Positions 39,601 through 52,884 of a stretch of DNA of 64,000 nucleotides are shown here, piece by piece. The translations under genes and the position numbers were made by a program. The stretch's first letter is position 1. Each line of letters begins with the position of its first letter. Below the pieces are notes generated by a model. It did no database searches. It was given only the letters and a program-made list of their open reading frames with translations, and was not told the DNA's origin. The stretch is taken from NCBI GenBank assembly GCA_951406725.2, contig OX597814.1, forward strand, positions 46,562,001-46,626,000, written 5' to 3'. The stretch comes from Octopus vulgaris. Lineage: Eukaryota.

Positions 39601-41877
39601 GGTTCGTAAGTAGGCATGTGAGCAGTGGGAAATACAGTGGCCAATATTAGCTGGTATTAAATAGTGGTATGAGAGTACAAGATGGGTGATGTGAGGTGAT
39701 GGCTCTGGTGAAGGGGAAATATAAAAGTGTTGGGGATGGAATATTGCATCTCTGCTTTCAGCTAATTGTTATAATTATAGCAGCCAAGGCAGTGCTATAG
39801 GGAGAAGAGTGATGGACATGTAAGTGTCAGGAAATGGGTTGTGGAGACAGCTTGAATGTGAGAACATAAAACAATATGCTTTTAGAACTTCTTTGCAAGG
39901 GTGAATAAGTCTTCTCAAGTATGGTGAATCACCAGTCATCCTGGTTGTTTTTCATTTCTTCTGTGGAACTCAACATCCTGAAATCGGTCTTCACCACTTC
40001 ATCTCATATCTTCCTAGGTCTCTTTCTTCCAATGGTTTCATCCATATTTAGCAATCAGTACTTTTTTTTTTATGCAAGTGTTGTCATCCATACACATTAA
40101 ATGACCACTTCATTTGAAGCCTCTTGAACTCATTTTTTTCTCCTGATATATTTGCACTTTTGTTATCTATGCATCTTTGTTGTTTTCTAGTCTTCACACA
40201 TCCTCTGCATTCACAGCTCATATTTCACTACTATGTGATATCACTGTTCATTCACATCATACAACCTGCCTGTCATTCTCAGAGAAAAGTCTTTTGTTAC
40301 CAACAAAAGTATAGCTCTCTGAACGTTCTCGAGCTTGTTCTTATTCTAGTAACTATGCTTTCGGAGTATTCTCTTCTTCTACTGATTAAGTCTCCTAGGT
40401 AACAGAAGCTGTCCTATGCCTGCAGCAAACACCCTGGGCATTTGAGAAAATCTATTTCCCATGTATCCTTAGTGCTTATTGCTCCTGTGCATCTGCCAAT
40501 CATAATAAACTGAATATTGAAGATAACTATGAATAAATATTTAGTAGGCTGGTTACAAAAATTTAAGAAAAAGCATGGCATTAAATATTTAAAAATTTGT
40601 GGCTTATGTATAAAACTCTGATGGTATTATGTAAAAAAAATTATTAAAAATTTATATAAAACTACATTCATGGTATATATATATATAAGCTATATTATGA
40701 AATATAAATGTGTATTATGCTTAGTCTTGGGTCTCATCCCAAAGCTATACCATTTAATAGATGCAAATATACAAATATTCTAAAATAAAAATCTGAAATC
40801 AGCTACACTTCTGGTCCCAGGAGTTTTTCATAAAGGATTCTCAATCATATATGTATTAGGTACATGAAATGCTCTACTAAATCTTTCTTCATCAAAATTT
40901 ACTGTTTTTTTAAAATGTCTCTATTGTGTATTATTTTCATTTCAGCTGCTGAAATAGATTTATCTTTCCGGGAGATCAAATGTTTAGAATCTGATCGTAA
41001 TCCAACAGTCTCTCTCCTTCGAATATGGGGATGTCAAAATGCTACAGTGTTCGACTTATATAAAGTGTTACACAAAGTTGGCCGATATGAGGAAATGAAG
41101 CATTTAGAACAAATCAGTATGTATACATTTAATTTCTTTTTGTATAACTGGAGGCAATATCACTGAGGCATGATTAATGCTAGTGGAAAACTAATATGTG
41201 TGTATGTGTTCATGTATCTATCTATCGACCCCACCCTTCACACACATATAATATATTGTTCTAATTTATAGAAAACAAAAGACAAAGACAGGTGAGGGAA
41301 TGACAAGCAGGTGTATTAGTTTGATGCTCAATAAGAATGGAAAAGCCTTTGTTTCAAGCCTACGCTCTTCGACAGAAAGGACTGAAAGGGTAAAAATGGA
41401 GAGAGGAAAAAAATGGATTTATATATGTATATATATATGTGTGTGTGTGTGTATATACATATATATATATATAGAGAGAGAGAGAGAGTGACAGTCCCTA
41501 TCTGAAAGTTTTGGTTTTCTTCCAGAGTGTTGTTTCGATGAGGAGGTTTTTCCCTCTTTCTCAAAGGCTGTCATTACTTTCAAGACAGTACTGTCATTAC
41601 TTTCTTGATAGACCAAACATTTTGGCTGTTTTCGTTATGCTAGTGCCTACCATACGAGCACCAACAATTTGACCTCTTTGAAAGTCCAATAGATCTGTCA
41701 TTTTAATGAATTTTAATTACCTTTCTTTGATGATATCTGAAAAGAAACAGCAATTTTAGCAAAACATATTAAACAACACTAATAATAAATCAAAAAATAT
41801 AAAAATAAACAAGCTTTTGACAGTTTTATAGATATTTCAAAATTATGATGCTAGGTGTTTCCGTTACTTTGTCTAAC

Positions 41878-41929
<52 letters not shown>

Positions 41930-44900
41930 AAGCAATTAAGATTCAAGTCAATTCCAATGAATTTACTTGAATGTGGTACTTAACTTAGATGCACCAGAAA
42001 AACTATATGGTGTTAACCATACAGTAATGTGGGGTGATTATAAACGAGAAAGAAGCAACAAGAATGGATTAGTTTTTAGTACAATTGTTTCATACAAAGA
42101 CAGGCTTTTGCAACTTGTAATAAAGCCTGTCTTTGTATGAAACAATTGTACTAAAAACTAATCCATTCTTGTTGCTTCTTTCTTGTATATATATATAGAT
42201 ATATAGATGAGAGGTATTGGTATCCAGAACACCCAAGGTGGCAGGTAAGGCTATGTAAGTGCTATGGATAGACTGTAATTAAACCCTCGGTTCAATAATA
42301 TTACGTGTAAAGAGTCTAATGTGGGTCTTGTATGAGCATGTATATGTTAACTAAAATGTGACAACAAAGCCAAGGCTATGTGGAATTTTCAGGACATTTA
42401 TAAAAAGAAAGTTAGTCTTACAGCTGTTTCTGGTATATTCTACTATTTCCCTCTATTTAACCATCTCACATTGTCTCTGATGAAGGGATATCCCTAATAT
42501 CTCAGAAACATCTGTAAGACTAACTTTCTCTTTATAAGTGTCTTGAAAATTTCACACAGCCTTGGCTTTGTTGTCTCGTTTTATTTAACACACACTGACG
42601 CACACACTCATAATATTTTATGTTATATTTTGACATTTATATTCATTTTTATGGATCACATCCAATATTCACAGTTTTCCACTACTCGCAGATGCTCTAG
42701 GGATGTAAGCCCCATGAATACTGAGAGACTACTGTATGTGTGTTGGTGCATTTATATATATATATACACATGCACACACACTCACAAAAGTGCTTAAAAA
42801 TCTATATTTGCCACTCAAGAATGAACTGGAAAATGCATAAATATGAAATTTTCGCTAATATAGTTACAATACTAGGTTTAACCCTTTATATTTAAACTGG
42901 CCATATCTGGCCCAGATATTTTATCTGTTTTGCATTCAAACTGGTTAGATCTAGCCTCTCACACCAACCCAACAATGTCATTCTAAAAAGAAACAATCAC
43001 ATCATTGAAATCTTGAAGCTTCGATATAATGCAATGTGAATAAATAAGTAATACATTTGACTGAATAACCTGAATGTTTAAGGGTTAAATATTTGTATAA
43101 TTTAAAGGATATAAGCAACTTTAGGGAAATAAATTGGTTTCAGTGAAGTATCAGAATTATTTCACAGACTCGTCTTGTTGGTCGTTTACCTGATACTCTG
43201 ATATTCACCATTTAATTTTTAAAATTCATACATCCACTTTTTTTATATATTGGAAAGAGCAATTAATTTATCGTTGTCATCATTATCATCATCTATTTGA
43301 CGCAACTTACTTGGACTAATGTAACTCTTCTACACTAGATGTTCTGAGCAAGCAGTGCAGCATGTATGTCTGGCTTGGGTTTTAGTCTCATTAGTCTTTT
43401 GCTAGCTGAAATATCTCATTTGCGCTTGTAATAACTACATACGATAGTAGTTCATTAACTAAACTGGTTGATCCCATCTGTTCAGGACCTAGTGACATTC
43501 ACCATTGATTCAATAAGAATCATTTCCCAAAACAAATCATATCCACCGTGCTATCTCATGATTTCAGTGTATCCTAGCTCAGGTGATTACATGCTATTTA
43601 ACCCATAACTGAGACTACTACTCTGGGTTAGAGAGTACTATAACCTGGGAGCAATAGTGGCTAAGAGGTGGTTTCACCCACTTCAAAACCCTAGAACTCA
43701 TGAACCAGGGTCCCATTACCAGATGTAATTTAACCCCTTACCCGGCAGAAACGAATATATGCGTTTTGACCGAAATCGTTTTTTTCCATCTCTGGCGAGT
43801 TAACTCGTCAAAAGATAGACTCGCCAAAATCGACAGCAAACGAGTTCCTTCGTCTTAAAATGGGTTAACTCGTTTCTGCCCAATGCCTTAATTTAAAATC
43901 AATATTATTGAATTAAAATTCATAATAAATAAGGTTTGAAATATACCTCGAAATCACCATTCAAAACATAGTAAAATAAAACAATTAAAAAATATGTCTG
44001 AAAAAATACATTTATTTTCAAAATAATTGTTGGGTAAGGGGTTAAAGATAAATTTTAGAAATATTTTGAAAGTTTTCATTTACGTTTTGTTTCTTTTGAA
44101 TTTTTGGCAACATTTCTTTTCAATTTCTGTGAGAATTTGTTTCAGCAAATACTACATGTTCTTCATTATTTACTATTACAGTACAAGAGGAAAATAGGCC
44201 ACTCGCACATATTCCTGAAGGTGCACGCTACATAAATCCTGAAGAAATTAATAATTTGCAACCTGATAACAATGATGATTTTGTAGATGAAATCAATCCA
44301 AGTGGTATGTAATCCTGAAAAATCTTCAATTTTATTGTCTTTTCAGTGTTTATACCTGATTTGAGCTGAATACTTTTTATGGTTTTACTCTGAACAATTA
44401 CTCTTTACTCTTTTACTTGTTTCAGTCATTTGACTGCGGCCATGCTGGAGCACCGCCTTTAGTCGAGCAAATCGACCCCGGGACTTATTTTTTGTAAGCC
44501 CAGTACTTATTCTATCGGTCTCTTTTGCCGAACCGCTAAGTGACGGGGACGTAAACACACCAGCATCGGTTGTCAAGCAATGCTAGGGGGACAAACACAG
44601 ACACACAAACATATACACACACTTATATATATATACATATATACGACAGGCTTCTTTCAGTTTCCGTCTACCAAATCCACTCACAAGGCATTGGTCGGCC
44701 CGGGGCTATAGCAGAAGACACTTGCCCAAGATGCCACGCAGTGGGACTGAACCCGGAACCATGTGGTTGGTTAGCAAGCTATTACTACTAGTTTAGTAGT
44801 TACTTTATTAGAGTGCAGCAGTGTGATTATGAAGTTCTTTTCATTATCACAAGATCCTGGGTTTGATCTCATTATGTGACATCTTAGGTATATGTCACTT

Positions 44901-45649
44901 TTCTACATCCTCAGGTCAGCCCATAATACATGTATGAAATTAGTAGACAAACTTTATTGGAGACATTGGATGTATTGTACAGGTAATCCTTAGTTGCAGA
45001 CTCTCATATATTATTCCATATTAAGTGCAGGTCTGGCTGTGTTAAGAAGCTTACTTTCCAAACCACATGATTCCAGGTTCATTTCCACTCCATGGCACTT
45101 TGGGCAAGTGTTTTCTGCTACAGCCCTAGGCTGACAAAGCCTTGTGAGTAGATTTGGCTGACAGAAACTGATGCAATTTCTTTCACTGCTTATCTTCCTT
45201 AAAAACATACCTGGTCATGGGGGAAATATTACCTTACTTGGTTAGTGACAGGAGGGGCATCCAGCTATAGAAAATCTGTCCAACCCATGCAAGTATGGAA
45301 AGAGGTATGTTAAAAAAATGTTAAGGGTACATGTCTGTGGAAGGCTCAACCACTTACACCTTTATTCAAAGAATAGCTTATTCAGTTGATCAAACAACCA
45401 AATCTTCATCATCATCAAAACCAACAGAGCATTATCCGTCTATCCTTATTTTATTAGTGATCATTAGTTTAAATACTCTTTACTCTCTTTTTACTCTTTT
45501 ACTTGTTTCAGTCATTTGACTGCGGCCATGCTGGAGCACCACCTTTAGTCGAGCAACTCGACCCCGGGACTTATTCTTTGTAAGCCCAGTACTTATTCTA
45601 TTGGTCTCTTTTGCCAAACCGCTAAGTGACGGGGACGTAAACACACACG

Positions 45650-45689
<40 letters not shown>

Positions 45690-48600
45690 TACGACAGGCT
45701 TCTTTCAGTTTCCGTCTACCAAATCCACTCACAAGGCTTTGGTCGGCCCGAGGCTATAGTAGAAGACACTTGCCCAAGGTGCCACGCAGTGGGACTGAAC
45801 CCGGAACCATGTGGTTGGTAAACAAGCTACTTACCACACAGCCACTCCTGCGCCTAAATGCAGTTATCTCTGATAGAATTTAAACTTAAAGGTAGATAAA
45901 GATGAAATAAATGCTGTAAACTATTTGGTCCAAATACCAAAAACATTTCAAACTTTTACATTTTATTTTATTCTATATTTATTTGTACTGTTATATGATA
46001 GCCTTTATAGTATCTGCATGGTTATTTGTAGCAGCAAGTTTACCTGACAATTCTGATCCACTAATATGTGTACTGATAATGATACAATAATTTATTGCAT
46101 TCACTGAAACACAAATCACTATTTTTCATGGGACCTAAGAAATCCAAATTCCATAGAATAGGGGGTAACCTGTCAAGTTAACCCTGCAATTTTGTTTAAT
46201 TACATCTCTAATGCCATTGTGAAAACATGAATATCACAAACTTTATTTCCACCCTAAATATTATAGACTTGGTGTTGTCATGGAGAAGACATGTAGAAAT
46301 TATTCCAGCATATTCTTTTTTCAAATGCTATAATAGAGTTATAGCAAACTATCTCTGTTAATAGATATGTTCTTAGTTTTTACCTAAGAGTGCCTCCACC
46401 CATTGTCATGTCATGTCACCCATAACAAAATCCGTTCCCAGTTTGAGCCAGCAGGGCTTGGCCTAGGGGACGGTAAAAGGCCAGATGGTATGACAGTTTA
46501 CCTCATCTGAAATGCCACATGCTGTGACACCTTATCCAGCAGAAATTTGTTGTGTTCAGCTACCAGCCCAGGTTCCACTGCTAGTCAGGCTGAGAAGAGC
46601 AAACTGTCAAAATATCAGTTGCTCTCTGACAGGTTTATGGTTGAGCCTGTGGCTGTGGAAACCTCCGATGTTCTTAGCCCCCAAACCATATCCCTGCTCA
46701 CAATCACTATTGGGGTGGAGATGACTATCCACAAGTGTGAACCCCATGAGTCAGAGTAGCTATTCCAGTGCATCTCCCTTGCCATCTTCCAGGGCAATGC
46801 CTTTTCCATTTTGTCTGCAGGGACCATGTGGTAGTCTGAATCACAGGAAATCAAAAGAATGTAAAAATTTCTTAGCTTATTATATGAACAATAAACTTAT
46901 TCAATAGCAGTACTTTTGTAAGCAAAAATATATATAAAAAAAAAAAAAAAAAAAGAAGAAGAGGAAAGCCAAGCCAGCCTATGAGAGTAACAACCAGGAG
47001 TGGCATTCATGGCAAGAAAATAGAAAAAGAAAAGAAAGGAAGTGGGTTGGGAGTTTCTGTTATGTTTGGTGCTGCAATATAGTTCTGATTATCTGAGAAA
47101 TGGTAGATATTGTCTTAGAAAAAAATGACAAAGAGAAATTGTTTGAAATGAATTTATTGTTCAGATTTTTTGTAAGGTTGTTACATAGTTGATTAAACTG
47201 TCTTTAATTATTTATTAAGGTGGTGAGCTGGCAGAATAATTAGCACACTGGACAAAATGCTTAGTGACCTTCCATCTTTCTTTAAGTTTAAGTTCAAATT
47301 CCACTGAGGTTGAGTTTACCTTTCATCCTTTTGAGGTTGATAAAATAAGTACCACTCAAGCACTAGGGTAGATGTAATTGACATACCCTCTCTTCCGAAA
47401 TTGCTAGCCTTGTGCCAAATTTTGAAACCAATATTTATTTTATCATGCCCTGTCTGTGCATGAAACATAAAATCTATATTAACAGAATTTGAAATGACAA
47501 GCTAGATAACTTAAAGTATCCAATCTAGCTTTTGACTACCTGTGCCAGCTCTATTGTCCTGGTGTTAAGTACCAATTAAAAAGCTAGCTAAGCTGATAGC
47601 AATTTTGAAAGTAACTAAACAGATCACGTTTCTTTCTCTCTGCAGTTTCAAACATGAAATCATCCAAATTTTTTGCTAAATTATGTGACAGATTTTAAAT
47701 TAACTAGCATAAATTTTACATTTAACTATGTTAGCTTCGAAGGATGATTTTGAACATGTTTTCTTATAAATTATTAGCACAAGGTACTTCCTCTAGTGCT
47801 AAGTATCCAAGGAAAGTGCTGAAAAGACTGAAGCAAGCACGTATAACATGATGCCAATGACAGTGTTTGAAATCCTGACCTTGCTATCATTACTCCACAC
47901 TCCAACTTCATTATTACTATGATTTCATACAATAAATAGAATAAACAGGAGAAATAGAACTTAATATATAAGTATATATACTTTTTATTTCATAATTGGC
48001 AAAAAGTTACAAAAGTAACACAAGGACATGAGGCTCACAATCCTTAAATCATTTTTGCAACTGTCTACTGATTATAAAATAAAAGGTACCATATGTATAT
48101 ATATATCTTATCTTTTACTTGCTTGTCATTAGACTGCAGCCATGCTGGCATACCACCTTGAAGAATTTTTATTTGAATGACTTGACCATAGTACTTATTT
48201 TTTAAAAGCTTGTCCCTTATTCTCTTGGTCTCTTTTGCTGAACCCCTAAGTTACAGTGATGTAAACATACCAACACTGATTGTTGAGCAGTGGTGTGGGA
48301 CATGTCTCTTTGTCTTGATATTGCATGATAGTTGTAAACAAGTGTCACTGTCATGCAAGCAGTGTCCTTTGATACCAGTCTTCCAAGAAAACATGTTTGG
48401 TTATGGGGTAAATATTATCTTACTTGGAACCTGGAAAGGGTTTAGGACAGGAAAGGCATCTGACTGTAAAAATATCTATCTCAACAAATTCTGTTCAACA
48501 TATTTGAGCTGTGAACATGGAAAAATAGATGTTAAAACAATGATGATAATGATTCTTTCTACTGGAAGCACAAGGCCTCACATTTGGAGGAAGGGATTAA

Positions 48601-50504
48601 GTTGATTACATCGACCCTTGTGTATAACTAGTACTTATTTAATTGACCCCGAAAGGGTGAAAGGCAAAGTTGACCTCAGCAGAATTTGAACTCAGAACGT
48701 AGCAGCAGACAAAATACCACAAAGCATTTCGCCTGGCATGCTAACAATTCTGCCAGCTCACTGCCTTAACAATGACGATAATAATAATAATGTGTGTGTG
48801 TATGTATGTTAACAGCATTTGTAAAAGTTATGTTATACTAACTGATGTGGCATTATTTTTTTTAGATTTACCTCGGCCAAGTGAACTGGTACATGGACAA
48901 TATACAAATAACTCAACCAACAATATAAATTTATCAGATAATGTTAAAACTTCTGACATTTGTTCTGGAAATGCTGCCTGTAACCAGAAATACCCACCAC
49001 ACTGTTCAGGTGTAAATCTAAATACTTTCTCATCTCTTCAATCTGGTATGTCTGCTTTAATGGTAAATATGGAAGAAGTTACTTGTTCTTATTCATATGA
49101 AGAAATTGAAAGTGCCACACAGTCGTTCAGTCATTGTATTGGAAGAGGTACTTTTGGAAGTGTTTATTATGGGATTCTGAAGGGCAGTAGATGTGCTATA
49201 AAGAAATTATCTAAGGTAAATATTCGATATTATTTCATCTTTTTTTTTTCTCCAATTTACAGCATTACAACATTGATTTCTTTTTTTTTTTTTTTTTTTT
49301 GTTGAAGGATTTAAATGGTACCAACAAAGCAATTAATATATTGAAGAAAAATCCACTTGATGAAATGAAAATACTTCTTCGGTAAAATTCTTTCACATTT
49401 GATTATTTCAATTATTATGAAGTTTGCATGTTTGAATTTGCATGTACCATGTTCCTGGCAATAACATCTGTTAATATTCTCCAGGTTTCTCTCTTTCCTC
49501 ATTCATACAGCTCACTAGGTATTCATACAACATTTGATCTTATCGTACTTAAATATCTTCATATGAGAATCTAAACATAAAGATTGACTATTTTGTCTAT
49601 TCTGTCATTTTATTTTTAAATTTTAAAGCCATATTCTCTTACTTTTCATTTGTATTAACTTCTTACATAAGCATGAAGTCCTCTGCTTCCCTATATAAAG
49701 TGAAGACTGGCACTCCTGTTTTCTATAGTTTTAATTGATGAGCATTCTAACCAGATTCAGTTTGTTAATGATCATCCTATTCTATTTGATAAGGATTTCT
49801 CTTTTGTCCTCAGTTATACTTATCATTTTTGCCCTTTTGTTTTTCTTACTAAAGATTTCAATTCTTTTTCTTTTTTTTGTATCTTCTAACGTAGATATCG
49901 TCATGACAATATTATAAATATTTATGGATATTGCTTTCATAAAGATGATATATACTTTGTATATGAGTACATGGACAAAGGTTCTTTGCAAGACTGTCTA
50001 TTAAATGATGTAAGTTTTAATTTTTACTCTAACAGCAATAATGCATTTGTTAAAAAATTTCACATGCTTCAGACTTCCTATGTAGTTAATGGTTTGATGA
50101 CTAAGAAGTTGATAGATCTGACACTTAATTCTGGTTTCTATGGAGAGAAATCATTTTTGAATAGTATGTTACACTATCACATTACTGATGCTTATTTTTA
50201 AAAGTAAATAAAATGAAGCATACAAAAAAAAAAGCAGTACAGTGAATCCCATCCATCCATCTTTGCCAACTGTCTTAAGTCAACTCCTCCATGGGGTCCT
50301 ATTAGAGGCAACCACCATTAGACTTTCTGGCTGAATTCCTAAGCGTGACTAACTGAGACCATGGATATTATCCAATCATTTCATTCTTGGTGTATCCCTA
50401 GGTTTCCTACTAGTTGGCTCAGCTTCAAGAATCCATTTTGCAATTCTTTTCTGCCACATTCTAATTGCATGTTCATAGCATGTTCAAGAAGCCCGTCATA
50501 TATA

Positions 50505-50552
<48 letters not shown>

Positions 50553-51884
50553 CGTTTGTTTATGTGTCTGTGTTTGTCCCACTAGCATTGCTTGACAACC
50601 GATGCTGGTGTGTTTATGTCCCCGTCACTTAGCGGTTCGGCAAAAGAGACCGATAGAATAAGTACTGGGCTTACAAAGAATAAGTCCCAGGGTCGAGTTG
50701 CTCGATTTAAGGCGGTGCTCCAGCATGGCCACAGTCAAATGACTGAAACAAGTAAAAGAGTAAAGAGAGAGAGTATTGGAGCTGTAACCTCTCTATGCAG
50801 AAAATTAGCAGCCCCACCTGGGGAGACTTTCTGATCTGTGGGTTACACTCCCTGTTGATTGGATTAATGAGCAGTTTAGGTTGCTGTGAAGTCTTTATAT
50901 GAATTTCCAGGTGTTTGTGATTGGGTAAATGGTGCTAAGATAAAACTTTTCAATGTGGTTGTTGGACTTTGGCAGGGTTACTAATGAGTTGATTCCAGAA
51001 AATTTGATCTCATGACTTTTGAGCTGTAATAATGTAGTTATTCCACAAAACTTAACAATAAAAGCATATAGCCATAAACATCTTTCCTTAATTGCACATT
51101 CTGTTGGAAATGTGATTAATTTTAATTTTCTACAATTGACTTGATGTTAGTTTTATTGAAGCTAATTTGTTTTGACTATTGTAAAACAAGAAAGGGCAAA
51201 CATGAAATGTTTTTTTTTCTTTCTTTTGAAGAATGACTGCTTAAACTGGATTGAACGACTGACTATTACAAAAGGAATTGCATGTGGCCTGTACTACTTA
51301 CATAGCCACAGTGTTCCTGTGATCCATGGAGATATTAAGAGGTTTGTTTAAATTGCCAAAATTTTGATTGGTATTATTTTTTCCCCGTCTCTCTTTTCAT
51401 GCTTTTCTTCTTTACCATTTCTGTTTGTACGACTACAGGATCTACAGGAGTATCAAGTTTTCCTTGTTATATATATTTCTAAGTATTTTTATTTAGAAGA
51501 GATACAGGCATGGCAGTGTGGTTAAGAAGTTTGCTTTGTAACCACATGATCTGCGGTTCAATCCCACAAGATAGCACATTTGACAAACATCTACTGTTGC
51601 CTCAGGCCAACTAATTCCTTGTGAGCAAATTGTAAGATGGAACTGTGTGTGTGTGTGTGTGTGTGTGCAGGTATACTCTTTACTCTTTTACTTGTTTCAG
51701 TCGTTTGACTGCGACCATGCTGGAGCACCACCTTTAGTCGAGCAAATCGACCCCAGGACTTATTCTTTGTAAGCCTAGTACTTATTCTATTGGACTCTTT
51801 TGCCGAACCGCTAAGTTACAGGGACGTAAACACACCATCATCGGTTGTCAAGCGATGTTGGAGGGACAAACACAGACACACAAA

Positions 51885-51964
<80 letters not shown>

Positions 51965-52845
51965 TACGACGGGCTTCTTTCAGTTTCTGTCTACCAAATC
52001 CACTCACATGGCTTTGGTCGGTCTGAGGCTATAGTAGAAGACACTTGCCCAAGGTGCCATGCAGTGGGACTGAACCCGGAACCATGTGGTTGGTTAGCAA
52101 GCTACTTACCATACAGCCACTCCTGCGCCTATATGCATGAACATTGTCATAAAGTGACTGAGTGAATATATTGTCATGTTGTAAACATGTGAGTTACATA
52201 CAGTAGCTCTGTGCTCATGAAATAGTCGAATTAAGATTACTTGTAAAACAGACAAGGCTGGCAACAGGAAGAGCATCTGGCAGTACAAATACTACCTCAA
52301 ATAGGTACCCATCAAACCCATACCAATATAGAAAAATGGACTCTGCCTTGAAGAACTTTTAATTGAATGAATTGACCCTAGAGTTTTTTTTTTAAAGCCT
52401 CATACTTATTCTGTCAGTCTTTTTTGCCAAACTGCTAAGTTATGAGGACATAACCACACTTACCGCACAAATACTGGTTGCTGAGTGGTGGTGGGGTACA
52501 AGCACAGGTACAAACACACATGCACATAAAACAGGCTTCTTTCAGTTTCCATCTACCAAATCCACTCATAAGGACTGTAGCTATAGTAGGTTTTTGTCTC
52601 AGGTGCCACACAATGGGACTGAACTTAGAGCCATGTTGTTGGGAAGCAATTTCTTACCGCACAACCACACTTATATATATATATATATATATAGGCGCAG
52701 GAGCGGCTGTGTGGTAAGTAGCTTGCTAACCAACCACATGGTTCCAAGTTCAGTCCCACTGCGTGGCATCTTGTGCAAGTGTCTTCTGCTATAGCCCCGA
52801 GCCGACCAATGCCTTGTGAGTGGATTTGGTAGACGGAAACTGTCG

Positions 52846-52884
<39 letters not shown>

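Noticed and set aside
41341-41380. Reverse-strand tcgaagagcgtaggcttgaaac, hammerhead-like
   Set aside because: Core is degenerate and no stem I or stem III/UH site can be paired; at most a decayed remnant.
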